DNA of 63,640 nt, filler included, from Chrysochromulina tobinii (lineage: Eukaryota), in assembly GCA_001275005.1 (NCBI GenBank). It is 6 parts of 6 records of this genome, joined end to end, with 100 filler letters (N's around TTAATTAATTAA, not from the genome) between each part and the next. Parts side by side here need not be neighbours in the genome. Positions count along the whole stretch, not along the records: positions 41,286 to 48,257 come from JWZX01000472.1; positions 48,358 to 54,618 come from JWZX01000474.1; 4 more parts are not named here. One strand, given 5' to 3'. Made by a program: the position numbers and the translations under genes. The notes beneath the pieces are model-generated. The model worked only from the letters and a program-made list of their open reading frames with translations. It did not search any database and was not told the DNA's origin. Below are positions 41,589 through 51,812 of this stretch, piece after piece (the first letter of the stretch is position 1; each line of letters opens with the position of its first letter).

Positions 41589-44500
41589 ATGTCTGGCCCC
41601 TGCTCTCCTACCCGCACGAGCTCCATGGCGGCGAGCGTGAGGAGGGCCGCGGACGAGGTCCATGGCGCCCAGGGCTCGAAGGGCTATTCGGGCTCGTGCG
41701 CGACGACCATACCGTCGCGCCTCATGCAGCAGGCGGCCGAGGCGGCCAAGCTCGGCGAGCAGGCGACCAAGCTCGGCAAGGAGACCGCCGTGCTGCGCGA
41801 GCGCGCCGACTCGCTGCAGGCGCAGTGCGAGGTGCTGGCCAAGAAGGCGGACGCCTCCGAGGTTGCCCGGTCCCAGGCGGTCGAGCAGCTGCGCGTCGCG
41901 CAGGCGGAGCGCGCCCTCGTCGACCAGACGGTCAGCCGGGCGGACAGCTTGGTGGCCGAGCTCCGCGCGGAGCGCTCGGTGCTCGCGGCGCGCGCGCACG
42001 AGGCCGAGGCGCTGTGCCGCGCGCTGCAGGCCCAAAAGTCCGCCGCCGAAGAGGCCCGCGCCCAGCTGAGCGAGCTGTACGCCGTCGCGCAGGCGGAGCG
42101 TCGGCTGCTCGACGACAAGCTCGAGCGTGCGCTCGCGCAGCTAGATGAGCTCAAGGCAGAGGCGGCCGCGAGGCGACAGGAGGCGGCGGCGCGGCACGAG
42201 TCGCTCGAGACGGCGCGCGACGAGGCTCGCTCCGAGCGCGCGACCCTCCAAGCCCAGTACGCCGTCTGCCAGGCGGAGCGCATGCACGTCGACGAGGCGA
42301 TGGCGACGGCGAGTCAGCAGGCGGCCAAGGATCTGGCCGCGCTCAAGGAGCAGCTCGCGGCCTTGGATGCGCGCTGCTTGGCGTCGGTCGCCGAGGCGCG
42401 TAAAGAGCAGGCGGCGGTCGAATCTCGTTTGGAGGAGGTGGGCTCCTGATGACGCCCTCTGATTGCCCTTGATTGCGGTCGAATCTCGTTTGGAGGAGGT
42501 GGGCTCCTGATGACGCCCTCTGATTGCCCTTGATTGCGGTCGAATCTCGTTTGGAGGAGGTGGGCTCCTGATGACGCCCTCTGATTGCCCTTGATTGCGG
42601 TCGAATCTCGTTTGGAGGAGGTGGGCCACGGATGGCCAATTTGGATTCCATGTGATTGCATCCCTCATCAGGTCTCCACGGATGGCCGATTCGGATTCCC
42701 ATCGAATGGCGCTGATGAGAGCGATGATTGCCTCCCTCATCAGGTCTCCAAGGAGCTCGCGGTCGCCCTCGCGGAGAAAGCGCTCTACCAGCAACTTACC
42801 GGTAGGCTGCAGCAGATGCAGCTCGAAGAACGCGCCGCGGCGAGCACCTCTCGCGCCAAGGCGGAGGCGGAGAAGGCCGATCTGGGCGCGCGCCTCGAGG
42901 CGCTCGAGACGGCGCTCGCTCTCGAGCGCGAGCGTGCAACCGTCGCGGAGGGCGAGGCCAAGCTGCTGCTGGAGAGAGCGTTGAGAGCTGAGGTGATGAT
43001 GCTTGATGACCGTTGATGACCGTTGATGACCGTTGATGACCGTTGATGACCGTTGATGACCGTTGATGACCGTTGATGAAAGTTGATGACCATCGATGGC
43101 CCTTGATGGCCATGTCCCTCCCTCTAAGTATCGCCTCGGATTGCCTCCCTCATCAGACGAGCATGCAAGCGGTCGCTCAGAAGTCCGTGGGGGAGGCTGC
43201 CACGTGGCAGGCGGAGCGGCGGCAGTGGGAAGAGATCAACCGGCAGCAGGAGGAGCAGCTGCATACCTTGCAGATCGAGCGGGCGACGCACCAGGGTCTC
43301 GAGGAGCGCTTTCGTGAGATGATGGGTCAGCGAGATGCAGCCGAGGTGAGCATGGCGATTCCCTCTGATTGAGATGATGGGTCAGCGAGATGCAGCCGAG
43401 GTGAGCATGGTGATTCCCTCTGATTGAGATGATGGGTCAGCGAGATGCAGCCGAGGTGAGCATGGTCGATTCCCTCTGATTGCATGCGATTGCCTCCCTC
43501 ATCGGGCGAGATGCGAGCATACGCGACCTGCAAGAGCATGCAACATCCCGCTGATTGCCCCATAATTGCCCCATAATGGTCGCATAATTGCTCCATAATT
43601 GCACCATAATTGCCCTATAATTGCCCCTGGTCGCCCGAATCGCCTCCCTCATCAGGCGAGCATGCGCGACCTGCAAGAGCATGCGGCCTCAGTAGCCTCT
43701 CGCTCGCTTCTGCTTGAGGACCGAGCGAAGACGGCGGAGGCGGCGCTCGAGTTACTCAAGGCGGATTTGCAAGAGGTGATGACCTCGGATGACCTCGGAT
43801 GACCTCGTATGACCTCTGATGACCTCTGATGACCCCCCTCATCAGGTGAAGACCAAGGACCGCGAGCGAGAGGAACGTGTGAAAGAGTTCCAACGGCAGC
43901 GCGACGCGGTCCAGCGCGAGCGCGCGAGATTGCAGGTGATTGCCACTCAAGGGCGCCACTCTGATTGCCGCTCTGATTGCCACTTTGATTGCCGCTGACG
44001 ATCTCCCAAGGCTGAGGTCGCGTCGCCCCTCGAGATTGCGCGAGATTTCATCGAGAATGCAGGAACGATTGTCCACCGCCACGGCCTCTGAGTGCCCTGA
44101 TGAGCTCTAATTGCCTCTGATGGCCTCTGATTGCAGGAGCAATTGTCTACCGCCACAGCGGACGCACGCGCCGCCGGCGAGAGGGAGCATTCGCTCTACG
44201 TGCGCAATGCGGTGCTCGAGCAGCAGTTACAGACGGCATGCATGCAAGCCTCGGTCCCGACGCCGACGGAGCTTGAGGCCGCTCAACGACCTTCACCGGC
44301 CGCCAGCGCCACCGCCGCTGCCCTCGGCTCACCGCTTGCCCCTGGTCTGGTGGCGAGGATCAGCAATGCATTCGGCAGCACCCTCCCACCTTCTCTCACC
44401 CGCTCGCCCCCTGGCACCATATTAGGCAAGGACGGTGCCATGTTAGGCAACACCCTCCCCGCGTCTCTCACCCCCGGTAGGGCCCCCGGCAAGGCCATCG

Positions 44501-44664
44501 GCGGTGCCGGGGGGCTCGCAGACCCGGCGACGTGGATGGACTCGCTGCCGCCGGTCCCGCCCGGCACGGCGCCCGTAACGGTCGAGCAAGCCATGGATGG
44601 GATCAGTCTCGTCAATGAGCGCTGGCTCGCCGCCACGGCGCCCACGACGGCGCCTCGCACGTGA
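41589..44664 (+). CDS. Coiled-coil protein, join(41589..42437,42744..42992,43157..43345,43656..43775,43846..43935,44137..44664), about 674 aa
   Basis: Five AG|GT...CAG introns, all phase 0; splicing gives a continuous heptad-rich ORF. Confidence 0.75.
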
Positions 44665-45129
44665 TGATGAGCGTGATGATGAGCGACGCCCCGCGGCCAC
44701 GGCGCCCATGACGGCGCCTCGAACGTGATGATGACCTCAATGATAAGCGGCGCAAGCTTTGGTACTTTTGTGGGTTGGGCCAATCGATGGTTGTGGGGTC
44801 TGGTTCGCCGGGATCCTCATGGAACCTGGAGCGGCCAGGTGCATGCACGCTCAGGCTTCGAAGAGGTACACCAAGTCCCGGGGTTGAACACACCCGGGTC
44901 GCGGTCGCACAGTCCCCGTCCCGGGTTCGGGGTTGAAGGAAGAAGGAATTATCCCGAGTCTGCAAATCGAAACCAACGACGAACAACTTTCACTCTTAAC
45001 GTTTTCCCCACTGGGAAGTTGGTCCGGCCTACTTGGCAAAGCCGCACCGCGTCTCTCACTCTCGCTGCACATCCTGTTCACACTTGGTCTGCGCTGCGGG
45101 CTCGTGTTGTTCGCGAAGTCGGCTCTGAT

Positions 45130-47843
45130 ATGCTCATCGACCCGGGGCGAGGTGCTCGGCCGGGCCTCTTCGATGCAATGCAGGTCTGCAAGTCCTGCCG
45201 GAGCAAGGCGGGTGGCCGAACCGACACAGGCGGCGTCTTCTACTGCAACAGCTGTTGGAAGGGCTGGACGAATGTGGACGTCGAGCTCACTCTGACGGCC
45301 TCCGGAGGCACGGAAATTTCGGGTATCGGCCAGTTCGTCACGCTACTATGCGCGTGGATCCGGACCAGGGGCGAGCAGCGCGTGACTGCTGCGCAGCTCG
45401 GTGTGTTTTACGCCGCGCACCCGTCGGTGGACCGCTCTGTGCTCCCAGCGACCAAGAAGCTCGAGTACTTATGCGGCCACGCTGAGGCACGCGGGCGCCT
45501 CAAGTTTCAGCCTGACCCTAAGGCCTCCGGCGGCGGATGGCTCGAGATCGTACAGGTGGCACCAGCACCAGCGCCAGCTCATGGCGCAGAAGATGCTGTA
45601 GCAGCCCTGTCCAAGTACGTCGAGAGTTGCGGCGGCGAGATCTCAGCCGCTAGCGGCGTCGCTGATTTTTACAATTGGGCGATGCACGATGGCGACGCTT
45701 TCAAGGAGGCGCTTCGCTCGCTCGGCTTCAAGAAGGCGGAGGTCTTTGCGCGCCACGGGCTCTTGTTGGAGAGGCACGAGAGCGGCTCTGATTTGATCAA
45801 GCTCATCGACCCGGGGCGAGGTGCTCGGCCGGGCCTCTTTGATGCAGTGCAGGTCTGCAAGTCCTGCCGGAGCAAGGCGGGTGGCAGAACCGACACAGAC
45901 GGCGTCTTCTACTGCAACAGCTGTTGGAATGACTGGACGAAGGCCGCAGCTGAGAAGGCCGCAGCTGAGAAGGCCGCGGCGGAGAAGGCCGCAGCGGAGA
46001 AGGCCGCAGCTGAGAAGGCGGCGGCGGAGAAGGCCGCAGCTGAGAAGGCCGCAGCTGAGAAGGCGGCGGCGGAGAAGGCCGCAGCGAGAAGGCCGCAGCG
46101 GAGAAGGCCGCAGCTGAGAAGGCCGCGGCGGAGAAGGCCGCGGCTGAGAGGGTCGCGGCGGAGAGGGCCGCGGCTGAGAAGGCCGCAGCTGAGAAGGCGG
46201 CGGCAACCAAGAAGGCCGCCGACGAGAAGGCCGCAGCGGAGAAGGCCGCAGCTGAGAAGGCCGCGGCGGAGAAGGCCGCAGCGGAAAAGGCCGCAGCTGA
46301 GAAGGCGGCGGCGGAGAAGGCCGCAGCTGAGAAGGCCGCAGCGGAGAAGGCCGCAGCGGAGAAGGCCGCCGCTGAGAAGGCTGCAGCGGAGAAGGCGGCG
46401 GTGGAGAAGGCCGCAGCTGTGAAGGCGGCGGCGGCCAAGAAGGCCGCCGACGAGAAGGCCGCAGCCGCGAAGGCGCCGCCGCCGCCGCCTGGACTCAAGC
46501 TCGAGGGCGGCTCGCTGACTGGCGAAGCGGCCAAATACATCGGCACGTACCATCTCGACCGCAGCAAGCTTGTGAACGGCCGGCCCGCGTATCAGCACAC
46601 GAGTGACGCAACTCTCTGGATTGCGTTCGATGGAGATAGCTGGATGGGGCAGCCTGATTCAGAACTTGGTGAGGGGTGGGGCTACCTGTACCTACAAGAC
46701 TCAGCTGCAGCTTCGCCCGACGTGAGCGCTTATACATGGCAGGCGAGTGCAGGCGGTGCTTCTGCTTGGGTTGAGCAGCCGCAGCTCAAGTGCACCGCTT
46801 GGCCGCCGCCGCTTTCAGCCGCCGAGAAGGCCGCCGCTGAGAAGGCCGCCGCAGAGAAGGCCGCGGCTGAGAGGGCCGCGGCGGAGAAGGCCGCAGAGGA
46901 GAAGGCCGCAGAGGAGAAGGCCGCAGCGGTAAAGGTTCGTGTGGAGGAGAAGGCTCGTCGCGCGCTGGAGGAGGACGGCTTCGCCCTTCGGCCTATGCTC
47001 GTGTCAGATGCAAGCGTGCTACGCTCCCTCGAGGCGCTGCTCCAGACAGAGTACCCAGAGTGGCTTGGCAAGGGCAAGGACGTGTCGAAAAAGTACGGCC
47101 CGTATGACTCGCTGAAGCTTGCCTGCGCGTGGAAGGTCGACCATCCACGCAACCTGGACAAGTACACGGCCGGCGTGAAGCGCGTTCAGGAGGAGATGGA
47201 TCTGCTCAAGAAGAAGGGCAAGGATGTCGACAAGGTGCCAGGCCTGCCGGTGAGGACGGCTCGTGCAGCTGCAGAAGGCTTCACCATGAAGGCAGGCGCC
47301 AACGAGGCCATCCTCCTGCATGGCACCAGCCCGGATCGGCTGCTAGAGCTGCTGTCCACGGGCCTGAACGAGCGCTACTCGGGCACCAACGCGGGCACCG
47401 CCTTCGGCGACGGCGTCTACCTCGCTGAGGACGTTGGCAAGACGGATCAGTACGTCGGCGCCGACAGCGCGTACGACCCGAGCAATGAGCTGCACAAGCG
47501 GCTGTACGGCAGAACCGTGCGCCACCCTGGCGACGTCTTCTACGTTCTCGTGGTGCGCGCGGCCCTCGGCTACCCCGTGCGCACACAGCAGGTGGGCCAG
47601 ATGGCCACCTCGATGGACAATCTCACACCCATCTTCCCCATAGGCTATCGGGAGCTCTCGGAGGTGCATGGCGTCACGCCACCAATCGTCCACCACTCGC
47701 TGATCGCCGAGCTGGGCCCCGCGATCGCGCGCTACCGCGAGTTTGTTCTCTTCCACTCCGAGTACGTGCACATCGACTACCTCATTGCCTACCACCGCTG
47801 CAACGGCGGTCAGAAGCTGAGCACAGCGACGCACAATCCGTAA
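45130..47843 (+). CDS. PARP-like ADP-ribosyltransferase with duplicated CxxC..CxxC Zn module and (AAAEK)n linker; 1-nt frameshift near 46086
   Basis: [26 protein letters not shown] and YREFV.F....IDYLIAY (H-Y-E triad). ORFs 44725-46422 and 46401-47843 join if one G is restored in gcagcg[g]agaag. Confidence 0.8.
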
Positions 47844-48257
47844 AAGGCATAGCACATACCGGGCGTCGAGTTTGGATTTAGGGCGCGTGACGGACTGAAG
47901 AGTCTAGAGTGATGATTGAAGTGGTCCTCCCATTTGGATGATTGCTAATCTCGATTCTCGTTGCCCCCGCCGCCGCCGCGCCGTAAAGGCGGGAGTTGTG
48001 GAGAGGGATTTTACGTACTGGATTCACACACCGTAGCCCCAGTATATTACCTGATTTCAAAATAAGTGCAACGCCAGAGACGAGACGTAAGTTTGTACTG
48101 GTTGTCGCAAGAGTTCCGTAACCGTTCCCTGAACCCCCTTGCTGAGAGGACTCGGGGCAAGAGGACAAGCACGAATGCAGTCAACTAGCTTTCTAGAATA
48201 TCCTTTTTTGAATCTCTGAAGGAGAGAGTCCTTACATTGTATTAGCAAGTTCAAGTT

Positions 48258-48357
48258 NNNNNNNNNNNNNNNNNNNNNNNNNNNNNNNNNNNNNNNNNNN
48301 NTTAATTAATTAANNNNNNNNNNNNNNNNNNNNNNNNNNNNNNNNNNNNNNNNNNNN
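48258..48357. other. Artificial contig spacer
   Basis: N44-TTAATTAATTAA-N44. Confidence 0.98.
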
Positions 48358-48359
48358 CC

Positions 48360-49579
48360 TCTCGCCCGCCCTCTCGGGCCGCCGGCATCATCGCCGCCGC
48401 CGCCGCCGCTTTCGGCCCTCGCGCCGCCGTGCCCATGGTGGCCGTCACGCCCGTCGTGGCCGCAGCCGCGCCTGCCGCTCAAGTAGGCGCGCCTTGCGTT
48501 CAAGATGCCGCGTCCGGTGGCCTCCTCAGCACCGCGCCATTGCCGAGCACCGTGCACACTGGGTCCCTCATCGCACCTGAGTGCGCCGGAGGCAGCGGCG
48601 ACCAGGGCGAGTTGGAGGGCTTTGACGAGGGTCATGACGAGGGCCACTACGAGACTAGCTACGAGACTGGCTACAAGACCGGCTACGAGGCAGGCTACGA
48701 AGGCAACCGCGAGGGCGGCTACGAGGGCGGCTACGAGGCCGGCTACGAGGGCGGCTACGAGGCCGCCGGCGAGGCCGCCATCGCCGCCGCCCCAACCGCT
48801 GCCCCGACCTTATCGCCAGCGCCAGCGCCTTTTCGCCCATCTACGGCGATGTCCCGAGCTCCACGTGCCCCCTCCGCTCCACCCCGCCTCATCCACCGGC
48901 CCTCCTCTCTTGCGCACTCCGCCTCGCTGCCGCCCGCCCCTCGCGCCGCCGCCCCTCGCCCCTCGGGCTCATGGCCGCCGCCACCCTCCACGGTGCGTGA
49001 GGCGGCGGCAGCGGTTGGAAGGCGGAGCCGAGGCGGGCGCAGCAGCCGCGGCAGCCGCGGCGCCGCCTCCCTCTCGCCGCCGCCACGCTCGCCGCCCTCT
49101 CCGCCCTCGCCACCCAAGGCAGCGCTCAAGGCGGTGCTCAAGAGCAGAGCATCTCCACTCCCCACAGCATCTCCACTCCCCACAGCATCTCCACTCCCCA
49201 CAGCATCTCCACTCCCCACAGCATCACCACTCCCCAAGCCGCCGCCAGCCAGATCCGCACAGCTAACTCACGCCGCCGCAGCAAGTCCCACCGCCGTCGC
49301 CCTGCGCACGCCGCACCGCACCGCCTGTGGCGACTGCAGCGGCAGCCGCCGGAGTTGCAGCGGCGGCACGGTGAGCAGTGGCATGGCGTCTGTACCCTTC
49401 TCGCCTGCAGCCAACGCCTCGCGCGCCCACGCCGCCATCCTCACGGACCCGCCTGGCGCCTCTCCCGCTTCCGCCCCCTCCACCTCGCGCCACAGCTCCA
49501 TGAGCAGCTGCGGTTGCCCCCCTCCCGCCACACCATCCAGCCGACCACCCCCCCACGCCCTCCAGCCGCGCTTCCTACC

Positions 49580-49633
<54 letters not shown>

Positions 49634-51335
49634 AGCGTCCGAGGCCGCCGTCGAGACCAAGGCCACCACTGCCATAAACAGCGGCGGAGGGGCAGCGCGC
49701 ACCACACCACCTGCCCCTCTCAGCGCACCCCGCACCCTTCGCGTGTCGCTGCCCTCCGTGCTTCCCTTGCCCTTCGCCTCCCAAGCCGCCTCCTCATCGC
49801 CACCACCGCCGCCACTGCCGCCGCCGCCGCCGCCGCCGCCGCCGCCCTCGCTGCTGCCGTCGTCGTCGCCGCCACCGCCGCCCTCGCCACCGTGGCCACC
49901 ACAACGATCCATCGCCACTCCGGCCGCCGCGGCAGACTCTCCCTTGACCAGTACGGCGCGAGGCCAGTGCTCACCCCAGCCGCCTCTTTCCCACCCTCGC
50001 CCCGAGCAGCTAGCGCCCTCGCAGCACCCCACCTCGCAGCAATCCACCACGCAGCCTCGGACGCCGCCAGGCTGGACGCAGCCGGAGCTTCGCGCGGCGC
50101 CTCCGCCTCCGCCTGCGCCGATGCCCCCTCCTCCGCTCCAGCCTCGGCCACCGTCTTCGGCACTCGCGCCACCACCTACGCCGCCACCCCGTTCACCCTT
50201 GCCCTTGCCGTCGCAGCCATTTCCACCGTTCCCCACCGAGGCTGCATGCCTGCAGCCTCCGCATGGCACCGGTGCCAAAGTTGCCATGGCCGGCACGTCC
50301 GCTTTTGGCGCCATCACCGCCGCCGGCGCCGCCGCCGCGCCCGCCTCACTGAGCGAGATGCAGCAGTGGCGGCAGGAAGAGCAAGGCAATCCCCATCTGG
50401 GGCCGCCCGTGGCTGAGAGCGCGCCCGCGCCCATCGCCTTCGCCTCCTTCGCGCCCGCGCCCGAGGCGCGCGCGCGCTCACGACGAGAGGGACGTGTGCT
50501 CACGACGGCGGATCGCACGCTCCTCGCCGCCTCGCTGCTCGCGTGGCACCGGCTCGCACGCACAGGCTCCGCCCTTCAAGCCGCCTCGCACGTGACTGTC
50601 ATTGCTGCCCCCGCCACTGCGTCACGTCCTGTTGTCGCCGAGGCATCCGCGCTGGCGGCAAGAGCGATGGCGCCCGAAGGCACAGTGTGGGCAGCAGCTG
50701 AGGTGGCGTCGTCGTCGTCGTCGTCGTCATCGTCGTCATCGTCAGCGGCGGCGGCGTCGGAGGTGGAGACGTCGATGGCGTTGGAGGCGACGGCGTCGGA
50801 GGCACCAAAGGCGTCGGTGGCACCGGGGGCATCTGCGGCGTCGGTGGCGCCAGTACAGCACTCAGAAGGCATGCGGCCATCTCCGGTGGCCAATGTATTG
50901 GAGATGGCCCTCCGCCGTCCGTATTGGCAGGCTGTTGAGGTGCTTCGCCACCGCCGCTACCGCCGCTGCTTTCGTGCGTGGGTTGGGGAAATGGCCCTCC
51001 AACGGCGGCACTTGCAGGCAACTGAACTACTCCGCCACCGCCGACGCCGCCGCTGCTTCAGTGCGTGGGTGCGTGCCACAGCAGCTCGCGCGCGTGTGGG
51101 AGAGGGGGCAGTGGCTCCGGTGCCATCCGCGACCGCCCAACCGCGCCCGCGCCCGGGGGCGACCCACATCTACTGCCGGCGGCCGAGAGAGCCTGTGGTG
51201 CGCTCGACTTTCCGGACTATCGCCCCCGTGGCCGGGCGCGACCCGATCGCCCTCATCCGCTCCACTCTGCTCAACTGTGAGTGGTTGCACGTTGTAGACG
51301 GCCTTGCAGATAGAGGCTTGCGAGGTACTAGGTAA
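48360..51335 (+). CDS. 5'-partial Pro/Ala/Ser-rich hypothetical protein with a (GYEx)n tract
   Basis: Long ORF; GYEA/GYEG repeats at 48620-48765; 18-bp ASPLPT repeat at 49149-49235. Confidence 0.55.
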
Positions 51336-51812
51336 TCAAAGCCTTCATCCTTGTTCAGCGCACATGCGCGGAGCGGCGTCGGAGCGGAGTGAGTTTTAAC
51401 GCCCGACGATTGCCCGACCGGACCGAGCGAGTACTTTCAGTGCTCCGTACCGGCACGATACATTTCATCGCACACCCTGCTGCGTGCTGGCGCCCTTCCG
51501 GTTTTCACGTACTCTATGGTAATTGAGTATAGTTATACACCGGGCAAAGGCCAAAGCGCACCTCGTTCCTTCGGCCGGGCGTAGACTAATTACTAAACCC
51601 GTAAACCGTATCGACTCGATTGTTGAATAGTACCGTCATGAAGTACCGTACGTCTCAACGCACAACGGACCCTCTTGTCATTCGCTTCTGCGACAGTTCT
51701 GCGACAGCGGCAATGAAGACTCCTCCGCGAAGTTGCGACGAGTACGGAGGTCGCACGATCAACGCCCATGCAACATGCAGCTTCGTCACCTTCAGGGCAT
51801 GCGTGGCGTGCC

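Noticed and set aside
42414..42630. CRISPR-like 61-bp repeats
   Set aside because: These are head-to-tail tandem copies without unique spacers, located at a splice donor.
44011..44090. Extra exon after the CCCAAG acceptor
   Set aside because: It hits a stop in frame; it is better explained as an intronic degenerate copy of the junction, and skipping it gives a continuous coiled coil.
42141..44156. Minus-strand ORFs with MREAI / NGHQRSS repeats
   Set aside because: They are antisense translations of the microsatellite introns.
46086..46422. Arg-rich protamine-like C-terminus of ORF 44725-46422
   Set aside because: It is the out-of-frame reading of the AAAEK repeat after a 1-nt deletion.
47878..48257. 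Lower-GC segment as a viral or organellar insert
   Set aside because: It is too short and has no recognisable gene or RNA motif, so the claim cannot be supported.
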